A stretch of DNA of 55,929 bases from Minisyncoccota bacterium (GTDB lineage Bacteria; Patescibacteriota; Minisyncoccia; Phycocordibacterales; UBA9973): positions 1 through 55,929 of the forward strand of contig JAGOUX010000004.1 of assembly GCA_018061035.1 (NCBI GenBank), in the 5' to 3' direction. Position numbers and translations under genes: made by a program. Position 1 is the first letter of the stretch, and the number at the start of each line of letters is the position of its first letter. The notes beneath the pieces were generated by a model that was given only the letters and a program-made list of their open reading frames with translations, was not told the origin of the DNA and ran no database searches. Positions 27,786-35,834 of this stretch are shown here, piece by piece.

Positions 27786-27811
27786 AGCTACTTTAGTGCA
27801 CTAAAGTAGCT
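27786..27811. promoter_or_regulatory. perfect 26-bp palindrome (candidate operator) between divergent leaderless promoters
   Basis: AGCTACTTTAGTGCACTAAAGTAGCT equals its own reverse complement. Confidence 0.7.
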
Positions 27812-27832
27812 TGCCGGCCAGTTTTCAATTTA

Positions 27833-27841
27833 TGTTATTAT
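27833..27841 (+). promoter_or_regulatory. extended -10 box, leaderless-type (alkA-like)
   Basis: TGTTATTAT, 6 nt, ATG 27848. Confidence 0.5.
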
Positions 27842-27847
27842 AAATTT

Positions 27848-28399
27848 ATGAAACTCAGAATAGATAAAAAGAAATTACGGAAGATTGCGCCAACTACGAA
27901 TCCATTCCTCTCACTAGCGCGAGCGATGATATACCAACAGATTTCTACAAAAGCAGGGGATGCTATCTACAAAAAATTCTTGGCCCTCTTCGGCAAGAAA
28001 AAGCCGAGCGGAGAAGCTTTTCTGAATTTTAGTATTGCTCAATTAAAATCCGCAGGTATTTCGCCTCAGAAGGCAGGATATCTCAAAGACCTTTCAGATA
28101 AATTTGTAGATAAGACTATAAATCATAAAAACTTTCACAAGATGACGGACGTTGAGGTAAAAGAACATTTACTACAAGTCAAAGGGATAGGTCCATGGAC
28201 AGCAGACATGTTTTTAATCTTTGCACTCAATAGACCTGACATATTGCCAGTGGGAGACTTGGGCACAAGAAAAGGATTCCAGAAAGCTTTCAATTTGAAA
28301 AGTTTGCCGACAGAAAAACAAATGCTCAAGCTATCAGAGCCACACGCGGGCGAGCGTACCAACCTTACTCTGCATCTGTGGGGAATATTAGATAATTAA
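27848..28399 (+). CDS. HhH-GPD DNA glycosylase (AlkA-like 3-methyladenine glycosylase II)
   Basis: VKGIGPWTADMFLIFALNRPDILPVGDLGTRKG. Confidence 0.8.
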   Translation: MKLRIDKKKLRKIAPTTNPFLSLARAMIYQQISTKAGDAIYKKFLALFGKKKPSGEAFLNFSIAQLKSAGISPQKAGYLKDLSDKFVDKTINHKNFHKMTDVEVKEHLLQVKGIGPWTADMFLIFALNRPDILPVGDLGTRKGFQKAFNLKSLPTEKQMLKLSEPHAGERTNLTLHLWGILDN

Positions 28400-28402
28400 A
28401 AT

Positions 28403-28741
28403 ATGTCTACCCAAAAAGAAACCGTTGAGTTCATATTAGAAAAGCTAGATATGCCCAAGCATTTTGCTGTGCGGGCGATGTTTGGCGAATACGCACTCTA
28501 TGCGAATGGGAAGACAGTGGCTCTAGTTTGCGACGATCAGCTGTATGTAAAAATTTTACCTACTTCCGAAGAGCTAGAAGGCGTGTGCGACAAGGATCAG
28601 GCATATCCAGGATCAAAGCTCCATTATGTAGTAGAAGAATCCCAGCTTTCTCAAATACCAAATCTCGCAGAAATTCTTTTAAATATTTCAAAGTCTTTGC
28701 CAGATAAGAAGCCGAAGAAAAAGAAAACTAAGAAACTTTAG
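28403..28741 (+). CDS. TfoX N-terminal domain protein
   Basis: RAMFGEYALYANGKTVALVCDDQLYVK is a TfoX_N-like core. Confidence 0.65.
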   Translation: MSTQKETVEFILEKLDMPKHFAVRAMFGEYALYANGKTVALVCDDQLYVKILPTSEELEGVCDKDQAYPGSKLHYVVEESQLSQIPNLAEILLNISKSLPDKKPKKKKTKKL

Positions 28742-28851
28742 CGCGCTAAAGTAATTTATGAAATAACAAAACCCCGTCGCTTAGGGCTTCGGGGTTCATG
28801 CTTGTTGATTGTGGCGAACGGAGCGCGGGTGCTCCGTTCGCTTTTGGTGGC

Positions 28852-29136
28852 TTACTTCATGAAGAAGATGATTGACTTGAGTGCGGCGATGTCAATCTCC
28901 AGCTTGGTCTCCTTGGAAAAGGTTGAGACTCCGAGATGGGGGCAGGGATCCACCTTGCCTTCACACTCGGGACAGTCGCCCGCTGTCTTGAATATTTCGA
29001 TCTTTGCCAGCTCGATCTCATCACAGTTCTCAACGAGTTCGAGGAGCTTTTCCCACACAGCGCTTATGTCAGCAGAAGTGTGGACCGTTTTCTTGGTCGT
29101 GACGACTACCTCAAACCTTGCAACGCTTCCTGCCAT
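28852..29136 (-). CDS. hypothetical small protein, G+C-enriched cassette ORF D1
   Basis: GGAGGAGG lies 5 nt before the ATG on the minus strand. Contains CPECEGKVDPCPH. Two hairpins and a T-run lie downstream. Confidence 0.5.
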   Translation of the reverse strand: MAGSVARFEVVVTTKKTVHTSADISAVWEKLLELVENCDEIELAKIEIFKTAGDCPECEGKVDPCPHLGVSTFSKETKLEIDIAALKSIIFFMK

Positions 29137-29221
29137 GGCTTCCTCCTCCCAGGATGTCTGGGGTACATAGTCACATACAAATTACCACGTTTTGTGGAAA
29201 AGTAAATACCTATAGTGGCTC

Positions 29222-29249
29222 TTGCAGTTAATTTAAAATATTGTATAAC
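29222..29249 (+). promoter_or_regulatory. cassette promoter for the DUF397 ORF
   Basis: TTGCAG, 16 nt, TG-TATAAC. Confidence 0.45.
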
Positions 29250-29309
29250 TTAAGTGTAAGCTCATCCGCTCGGGTAGCCAACCCCGGGAGAAAGGAGACC
29301 AAAAAGTAG

Positions 29310-29543
29310 ATGGCAAACGGCGCGCGTAAACCCTTTACGTTCCCTGTCACTGACGGGGACTTCGTAAAGTCGAGTTACAGCAACCCGGGCGGCCTGATCT
29401 CGACGTGTGTCGAGGTCGCGGTCAAACCTGAAGGCGTCGCGGTGCGTGACAGCAAGGCAACCAACGGTCCTGTGCTGTACTTCACCCACGACGAGTTCGT
29501 GGCGTTCAAGAAGGGCGTCGCGGCCGGCGAGTTCGGCGGCTGA
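29310..29543 (+). CDS. DUF397 domain protein, G+C-rich cassette ORF D2
   Basis: VKSSYSNPGGLISTCVEVAV..GVAVRDSKATNGPVLYFTHDEFVAFKKGVAAGEF matches the DUF397 pattern (SSYS..G.CVEVA...V.VRDSK...GP.L.F....W..F). Confidence 0.75.
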   Translation: MANGARKPFTFPVTDGDFVKSSYSNPGGLISTCVEVAVKPEGVAVRDSKATNGPVLYFTHDEFVAFKKGVAAGEFGG

Positions 29544-29614
29544 TAGCCATCCGAACTGATCCCTCCCGTCAACACGGGCGCATGTTCAAGCGATATTGAA
29601 TGATTTTTCCCTTA

Positions 29615-29650
29615 ACGGGCCGACTAGCAACATGCTGGTCGGCCCGTTTT
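29615..29650 (+). terminator. terminator after the DUF397 ORF
   Basis: ACGGGCCGAC..GTCGGCCCGT plus TTTT. Confidence 0.8.
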
Positions 29651-29660
29651 ACATTTAATT

Positions 29661-29669
29661 TGCTATAAT
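29661..29669 (+). promoter_or_regulatory. extended -10 box, leaderless-type
   Basis: TGCTATAAT, 6 nt, ATG 29676. Confidence 0.6.
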
Positions 29670-29675
29670 TATTTC

Positions 29676-30125
29676 ATGAATATAATTTCTCTTTTTATTT
29701 TATTGGCAGGGTTTGTGGTTGGCCTAGGCGCGGTGACGGTAATAGACCTGCACGGCTTTCTGGGGAGAAAATCAAAATATTGGACAGAGGCTACTACTCG
29801 CACCCACAAGGTCACCAAGCCCCTGATCTGGCTCGGTATGATTTTGGTCATAATTGGTGGAGCTATGTTTTATAAAAATACAGAGTTTACTGGATTGCTG
29901 ATGTTTCATCTAATCTCTGTACCCATCATGATACTCAATGGAATATTTTTATCTTTTTCTGTCAGCCCATTTTTATTGCAAAGAGAAAAAGAGGGTAGAG
30001 AAGGTGAACTGTTGCCTAAAAATTGGCAGACCAAAATCACCTTGAGTTTCATCCTTTCATTTGTTTCTTGGTGGGGTAATTTATTTATATTGGTTTGGTA
30101 TATCACTACACATTTAGTAAGGTAG
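29676..30125 (+). CDS. hypothetical membrane protein (A+T-rich, backbone-like)
   Basis: About four hydrophobic helices. The start lies 6 nt after TGCTATAAT. Confidence 0.55.
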   Translation: MNIISLFILLAGFVVGLGAVTVIDLHGFLGRKSKYWTEATTRTHKVTKPLIWLGMILVIIGGAMFYKNTEFTGLLMFHLISVPIMILNGIFLSFSVSPFLLQREKEGREGELLPKNWQTKITLSFILSFVSWWGNLFILVWYITTHLVR

Positions 30126-30144
30126 AAATATTTTTATAAGTATT

Positions 30145-30172
30145 TTGATTTTTATCTATAAAACTGCATAAT
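30145..30172 (+). promoter_or_regulatory. cassette promoter for ORF E
   Basis: TTGATT, 16 nt, TG-CATAAT. Confidence 0.45.
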
Positions 30173-30189
30173 ACGAAACGGAGGCTCCT

Positions 30190-30585
30190 ATGAACCAACG
30201 CGACAAGCATCTTGCGGACTGTATTCGCAAGGGCTTTGCCCACAACGATGTATATACGAAAAACGGGCGCTGGTCCATCACCAATGGACACGTCTGGGAA
30301 AGCACTTCTGCTGCCGGCCTTGCCTTGGTCGACTTGCTCGGAGTCGAGGCTGCTGTCCGGCTTCTGTGGTCGGTATCCCTCGAAAAGGACAAGCCCAAGG
30401 GGAAGACGGAAGAGGCGAGTCAGTTGCTCGGGCTCACCGTCTCGGAGTATTTGGCTCTCGAAGAGCACTCAGAAGTGCTCTCGCCGGCCCAGATCGCCGA
30501 CTTGCTCGAATCGGGCTGGTTCCCGTTTGAGCCGGACGCCATCGAGTACGTCGCAGGTTTGAGATACGACGATTGGTCGTTCTGA
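30190..30585 (+). CDS. hypothetical protein, G+C-rich cassette ORF E
   Basis: ACGGAGG lies 5 nt before the ATG. Promoter is TTGATT-N16-CATAAT, and a strong terminator sits at 30603..30638. Confidence 0.55.
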   Translation: MNQRDKHLADCIRKGFAHNDVYTKNGRWSITNGHVWESTSAAGLALVDLLGVEAAVRLLWSVSLEKDKPKGKTEEASQLLGLTVSEYLALEEHSEVLSPAQIADLLESGWFPFEPDAIEYVAGLRYDDWSF

Positions 30586-30602
30586 TCTTGCAATCATTCA
30601 TC

Positions 30603-30638
30603 AACAGGCCGGCGAGCAAATGCTCTCCGGCCTGTTTT
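30603..30638 (+). terminator. terminator after cassette ORF E
   Basis: AACAGGCCGG..CCGGCCTGTT plus TT. Confidence 0.8.
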
Positions 30639-30645
30639 AAATTTA

Positions 30646-30654
30646 TGATATTAT
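30646..30654 (+). promoter_or_regulatory. extended -10 box, leaderless-type (rhodanese)
   Basis: TGATATTAT, 6 nt, ATG 30661. Confidence 0.5.
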
Positions 30655-30660
30655 GGGCAT

Positions 30661-30903
30661 ATGATAATAATAGATGTCAGAACTAAAGAGGAATACGATG
30701 CAGGGCATATAGAAGGGGCAATGCTTCACGATATTATGGATATGATGCAGGGAAAATTTCCCAGTGTCGGGAAGGATGAGGAAATAACTTTGTATTGTGA
30801 ATCAGGAAATAGATCTATGATGGCAAAGAACTTTATGGAGCAAGCAGGGTTCACGAAAGTTTTTGATGGTGGAGCAATGGAAGATTTGCGAAATAAGCTC
30901 TAG
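30661..30903 (+). CDS. rhodanese-like domain protein
   Basis: IIDVRTKEEYDAGHIEGA...LYCESGNRS (active-site Cys loop). Confidence 0.8.
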   Translation: MIIIDVRTKEEYDAGHIEGAMLHDIMDMMQGKFPSVGKDEEITLYCESGNRSMMAKNFMEQAGFTKVFDGGAMEDLRNKL

Positions 30904-30944
30904 GAAAAACATACCATTTGGATAATTAGGTATATAATAAATGT

Positions 30945-31340
30945 ATGAATACATTAAAAGTTTTATATGTGTTTTGTTTGATCGGGGTTTTAGATACTTT
31001 GTATCTCATTTATCATAAATTAAAAGGTACAGATGTTGCGTGTGTTTTCTTCCCGAGAAAATGGTGTCACAAGGTTCAGCATTCTTCGTATAGTAAAACA
31101 TTCGGCATCCCGAATTCTGTTGCAGGATTCTTTATGTATGTGATTATCCTTGCTCTAGTGTATTTGTATTCTGCGGGTTTAGTGGCATTTTGGCCAATTC
31201 AGGCAATCATCACCTTTGGTTTCTTGTTCTCATTATATTTTATGTTTGTGCAAGCTTTCGTATTGCGTGCATTTTGTACATGGTGCGTGGTTTCGTTTAT
31301 AAATTTCTCGGTAATGTTTTTCGGTGTTTGGTTGAGCTAG
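30945..31340 (+). CDS. vitamin K epoxide reductase (VKOR) family protein
   Basis: Four-TM protein with a loop Cys pair (C..C in GTDVACVFFPRKWC) and CTWC in the last helix. Confidence 0.7.
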   Translation: MNTLKVLYVFCLIGVLDTLYLIYHKLKGTDVACVFFPRKWCHKVQHSSYSKTFGIPNSVAGFFMYVIILALVYLYSAGLVAFWPIQAIITFGFLFSLYFMFVQAFVLRAFCTWCVVSFINFSVMFFGVWLS

Positions 31341-31413
31341 TTGAGACTAGTCCCGTGTGAATAATGATACGCTAAGCCAAAACTCGGCTTCATTTTGTGC
31401 TACTATAAAAATA

Positions 31414-32652
31414 ATGAAAATTTGGGATGTGATCATAATAGGCGGAGGGGCAGCAGGCATGATGGCTTCGGGGCGCGCTGGCGAGCGGGGAAAGAGCGTG
31501 CTCGTCTTGGAGAAGAATCCGGGCTTGGGCAAGAAGCTCTTAATCACTGGTGGAGGCAGATGCAATGTCACCAACAACAAACAAGAAGTCCGTACCATGC
31601 TCGCCAAGTACAAAGGCAACGATCAATTTCTTTTCTCCACATTTTCTCAATTTAGCGTCAAGGACGCTCTTCATTTTTATAATTCCCGCGGTATGGCGAC
31701 CAAAGAGGAGAATGAGAATAGAATTTTCCCGGTTTCTAATAGCTCTAAATCGGTGTGGGATGTACTAGTAAACTATATGAAAGAAGGCGGAGTGAAGGTA
31801 GAGACTGGCGCGGAAGTATCTGGCATTTCTACGGATAAAGAAACTCAAAATATAATTGTGAAAGTGAAAGGAGGCAAAGAATTTGTCGGCAAGACTTGCA
31901 TCGTAGCAACAGGAGGCACATCCAGACCAGAAACAGGCTCGACGGGGGATGGATACAAATTTTTGAAGAAGCTCGGACATACGATTATCGAAAACGATTT
32001 CGCTCTTGTGCCAGTGAAGCTATCGGATGAATGGGTGAAGGTGCTTGGCGGGGTAAGTTTGCAGGATATAAAGCTTACCAGCTTTCAGAACGGGCAGAAA
32101 CAGGAGAGCATGAAAGGGAAAATCCTATTCACTCACTTCGGTATCAGCGGGCCGACAGTGCTCAATATGAGCAAGGATATTGGTGAGCTCCTCAAGTATG
32201 GAGAAGTCGTGCTTGAGCTAGATTTATTCCCCAAGAAGGACATAGGTACTCTCCGTACAGATCTGCACAAACTTCTGCTCGACGAAAGTAATAAGAAGAT
32301 CAAAAATACACTCAACAAACTGGCTCCGTCTGCATTCGTATCGGCACTTCTCGACCTTGCAGGTGTGGATGGGGATACAGTCAATAATATTTTAAGCAGT
32401 GAGAATAGGAAGAAATTGGTGAATCTGATGAAGGCAGTACCGTTAAATGTATCTGGACTACTCGGCTCTGATAAAGCGATCATAAGCTCGGGTGGAGTGA
32501 AGCTTGAGGAAGTTGATTTTAAAACTATGCAGTCAAGATTGATTCCCAATCTATATCTTGTGGGAGACGTGCTCAACATAGACAGACCGACAGGTGGATA
32601 TAGCCTTCAGCTCTGCTGGAGTACTGGATATGTGGCCGGTAGTAGTGTGTAA
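31414..32652 (+). CDS. NAD(P)/FAD-dependent oxidoreductase, HI0933/BaiN family
   Basis: DVIIIGGGAAGMMA and ITGGGRCNVTN. ATG 31414 is preferred over the track start. Confidence 0.85.
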   Translation: MKIWDVIIIGGGAAGMMASGRAGERGKSVLVLEKNPGLGKKLLITGGGRCNVTNNKQEVRTMLAKYKGNDQFLFSTFSQFSVKDALHFYNSRGMATKEENENRIFPVSNSSKSVWDVLVNYMKEGGVKVETGAEVSGISTDKETQNIIVKVKGGKEFVGKTCIVATGGTSRPETGSTGDGYKFLKKLGHTIIENDFALVPVKLSDEWVKVLGGVSLQDIKLTSFQNGQKQESMKGKILFTHFGISGPTVLNMSKDIGELLKYGEVVLELDLFPKKDIGTLRTDLHKLLLDESNKKIKNTLNKLAPSAFVSALLDLAGVDGDTVNNILSSENRKKLVNLMKAVPLNVSGLLGSDKAIISSGGVKLEEVDFKTMQSRLIPNLYLVGDVLNIDRPTGGYSLQLCWSTGYVAGSSV

Positions 32653-32808
32653 ATAGTTTTATTTTTGTTATACTTATTGATATATGTTTCCTGTTAGAAG
32701 CCGCGGTCACGGTTTAGAAAAATAAAATTATGAATATACCAAGAGGTCGTAAACAATTTAATAAAGTAGAGTTGCAGTCATTGTCGACGGCGACCTGCTT
32801 CTAACGGG

Positions 32809-35034
32809 ATGGAACTTCCTGATCTTCCAGTAAATAGAGATCTTACATATCTCGGTATAACAACATACCGAGACAAAAACCAACTTTTTGGTATTAAGAG
32901 AAAAGATAGAAGACAGCACGTCTATGTGCTTGGTAAATCTGGTACGGGTAAATCTGTGCTCATGTTCAACATGATCATTCAGAACATCAACAATGGCGAA
33001 GGTGTTTGTGTGGTAGATCCGCACGGTGAGCTAGTCGAAGGAGTACTCTCTGCTATTCCTCCACATCGTCTCAAGGATGTAATATATTTCAATCCTGCTG
33101 ATACTGACTATCACATCGGGTTCAACGTGCTTGAACTCATGGATCCGCAGTACAAGCACCTTGTCGCCTCTGGTCTGATGGGTATATTCACCAAGATTTG
33201 GGCGAATGCATGGTCTGCTCGAATGGAATACATTTTGAACAACACCATTCTGGCACTACTAGATACTCCGGGTACAACACTTCTCGGTATTCCTCGAATG
33301 CTCGTAGACAAGGATTACCGTCAGAAAATAATTGGCAATCTAAAAGATCCGGTGATCAAGGCATTCTGGGTGCACGAATACGAAGCCTGGCAGGATAAAT
33401 TCCGAAACGAAGCCATTGCGCCGATTCAGAACAAGGTGGGACAATTCCTCTCGACCTCTATCATTCGTAATGTCGTGGGCCAGGAGAAGAGTACTATTAA
33501 TATTTTCGACATCATGAACGAAGGAAAAATATTCCTGGTGAACGTGTCGAAGGGACGTATCGGTGAAGACAACTCTTCGCTTCTCGGAGGTATGATCATT
33601 ACCAAGGTTCAGCTTGCAGCCATGGAGCGCGTGCGAATACCCGAGGAGAATCGAAAAGACTTCTACCTATACGTGGACGAGTTCCAAAACTTCGTGACCG
33701 ATGCATTTGCGAGCATTCTTTCTGAAGCCCGCAAATACCGTCTCAACCTAACTGTGGCGCACCAGTATACTGCTCAGCTTATTTCAGACAAGAGCTCTGC
33801 TGTTCGTGACGCAGTCTTCGGCAACGTGGGAACTATGATTATTTTCCGTGTAGGCTCTGATGATGCAGACTTCCTAGAAAAGGAATTTGATCCTGAATTT
33901 ACTCCCGGCGACATTGTGAATTTGCCGAACTATAAAATATATTTGAAACTCATGATCGATGGTGTGACGTCTCGACCATTTTCTGCGAAAACTTTACCAC
34001 CGCTTGCAAAGAGTGGTAATAAAGAAATTGAGAATGAAGTTATAAATTCATCACGCAAATTGTATTGTAAACCCAAAGAATGGGTAGAAGACCAAATTAA
34101 TCGCTGGAGTGGAATGTCTCTCGGAGATATTGATAATAGTGGCGGATCACAGGGTGGATCGAGTGGGTATGCATCTGGAAGTAGCAGTAGTGGAAATGGA
34201 GCATTCGAGAAATTCCCAGCTATATGCTCACTATGCAAAAAAGAAACTACTGTGCCGTTCAAGCCTGAGCCAGGCCGAGCAGTGTATTGTAAGGAATGCG
34301 TAGCGAAAATTAAATCAGGAGAGGTGAAGGTGGAAAAGGGTGCAGAGAACCAAGTGCGCTATGATGATTCGAAATTCTACAAACCTCTCGCTGATCTCGG
34401 TATTGAATTCGCTCCCAAAAATTCACAGGAAAATTCTAGCAACATAGAAGAGAACAGGCATCCTGAGAGATCAAATAAATCTGGTCCACATCCAGAGCAT
34501 CCTGAAGCTCGAAAGGGTGGATTACTCTCTGCAATAAAAAAGGCAGTTGTCGGACCTAGTCCCATGAAGGCCAAAGAGAACCCTGCTCTTAAGGAAATAA
34601 TTTCTAAAACTATGAGTGGTGAGATTGCTCCTGCTGTGTCTCGGGTTCCAAGAACCGAATTTACTAATTCGACCCCACCTGCAATATCTTTGAGCGCTCT
34701 TAAGGATAAGCCAAAGGAAGTGGTGGTGAATTCCAAGGACAGAGCTGCAAGCGCAGATGATATGAATAAATTGAAGGATCTGATACAAAAGGCAGAGAAA
34801 GCTCCTGTGACCCCGGAACCGAAAAAGGAAGAAGTTAAACCTATTCCAGTAGTTGCTCCACAACCAAAAGTAGAAGTAACATTGCCTCCGAAGCCTCCAG
34901 TCGTATCAGCTCCGAAAGTCGAAATACCTCTACCTCCCAAGCCGCCTATCAGCTCCACAACACCTCCGTCTCCACAAAATCTACCAATCAAAGAGGTGCC
35001 TGAAGAAGTGCTTAAGAAAATATTGGAACAGTAA
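32809..35034 (+). CDS. TraD/VirD4/TrwB-like P-loop ATPase with low-complexity tail and CxxC-x17-CxxC zinc ribbon
   Basis: Walker A GKSGTGKS, Walker B FYLYVDEFQNF, ARKYRLNLTVAHQ. The tail has CSLCKKETTVPFKPEPGRAVYCKEC followed by a Pro/Lys-rich region. Confidence 0.7.
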   Translation: MELPDLPVNRDLTYLGITTYRDKNQLFGIKRKDRRQHVYVLGKSGTGKSVLMFNMIIQNINNGEGVCVVDPHGELVEGVLSAIPPHRLKDVIYFNPADTDYHIGFNVLELMDPQYKHLVASGLMGIFTKIWANAWSARMEYILNNTILALLDTPGTTLLGIPRMLVDKDYRQKIIGNLKDPVIKAFWVHEYEAWQDKFRNEAIAPIQNKVGQFLSTSIIRNVVGQEKSTINIFDIMNEGKIFLVNVSKGRIGEDNSSLLGGMIITKVQLAAMERVRIPEENRKDFYLYVDEFQNFVTDAFASILSEARKYRLNLTVAHQYTAQLISDKSSAVRDAVFGNVGTMIIFRVGSDDADFLEKEFDPEFTPGDIVNLPNYKIYLKLMIDGVTSRPFSAKTLPPLAKSGNKEIENEVINSSRKLYCKPKEWVEDQINRWSGMSLGDIDNSGGSQGGSSGYASGSSSSGNGAFEKFPAICSLCKKETTVPFKPEPGRAVYCKECVAKIKSGEVKVEKGAENQVRYDDSKFYKPLADLGIEFAPKNSQENSSNIEENRHPERSNKSGPHPEHPEARKGGLLSAIKKAVVGPSPMKAKENPALKEIISKTMSGEIAPAVSRVPRTEFTNSTPPAISLSALKDKPKEVVVNSKDRAASADDMNKLKDLIQKAEKAPVTPEPKKEEVKPIPVVAPQPKVEVTLPPKPPVVSAPKVEIPLPPKPPISSTTPPSPQNLPIKEVPEEVLKKILEQ

Positions 35035-35035
35035 T

Positions 35036-35731
35036 TTAGATTCCTGATACGGCTCTATAGGTAGCAATAATAGCAGCAGTTTCTCCGCGGAAGGTAAGCG
35101 GTCCTAGAGATGCGGGTGTGTAGCCAACTTCTTTTGCTCTTATTACTTCAGCATCTGTGAATCCGCCTTCTGGGCCGATGAGGATGCTTGCAGTCGAAGC
35201 TTTTTTATCGGGAGCGTATGCCTGTTCCGATAAATGGAAAATTATCTTTTCATCTGCCTCAGACCCATCGCGGACCGCATCTTCAAATTCTAGAATAGGG
35301 AAGAGAGTAGGCACGATACTTCTACCGCACTGCTCACTCGCTTCACGAATGATTTTTTCAAGTCTCTCGGTATTGAGTCCGGTCTTTACTGTGCGCTCGG
35401 TAATCACTGGGATAATATTTTTTACTCCCGCTTCGACTGCCTTTTGGACTGCGAGCTCGAAGTTTTCTTTTTTTAGTATTGCTAGATACAAATTAACCTT
35501 CCGTCCGGATTCTTTGCTCTCGGAGACATTGCTAATAGCCCCAGTAACTTTGTCATTGGAAACTAATTCTAGAATTACTTCTGCCTCTCTACCTTTGCCA
35601 TCAGAAAGTATCACCGTGTCGCCAGCAGAAAGCCTCAAAACAGCGCGTATTTGTTTGATTATTTGGAAGTCAGTGATTTCTACAGTTTTTTGTGAGAGAT
35701 TGAAATCCCCGATGAATCTATGAAGTTTCAT
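35036..35731 (-). CDS. rsmE: 16S rRNA (uracil1498-N3)-methyltransferase RsmE
   Basis: MKLHRFIGDFNL...ILIGPEGGFTDAEV. ATG 35731 is preferred. Confidence 0.85.
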   Translation of the reverse strand: MKLHRFIGDFNLSQKTVEITDFQIIKQIRAVLRLSAGDTVILSDGKGREAEVILELVSNDKVTGAISNVSESKESGRKVNLYLAILKKENFELAVQKAVEAGVKNIIPVITERTVKTGLNTERLEKIIREASEQCGRSIVPTLFPILEFEDAVRDGSEADEKIIFHLSEQAYAPDKKASTASILIGPEGGFTDAEVIRAKEVGYTPASLGPLTFRGETAAIIATYRAVSGI

Positions 35732-35834
35732 ATATGAAGATAATACACTGGAACAATTGAACAATCAACAAATAAGTGTTAAAATTATTAAGCTTCGCGC
35801 CAAAAGGACTTACGCGACGTGATTCGCAAAATCA

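Noticed and set aside
28802-29205. Plus-strand ORFs 28802..29170 and 28936..29205.
   Set aside because: They are antisense to 28852..29136, which has a GGAGGAGG SD. The plus-strand frames begin inside terminator hairpins.
34377-34991. A 204-aa Gly-rich antisense ORF in the tail of the first TraD-like gene.
   Set aside because: It is the mirror image of the Pro/Lys-rich low-complexity coding region and has no independent signals.
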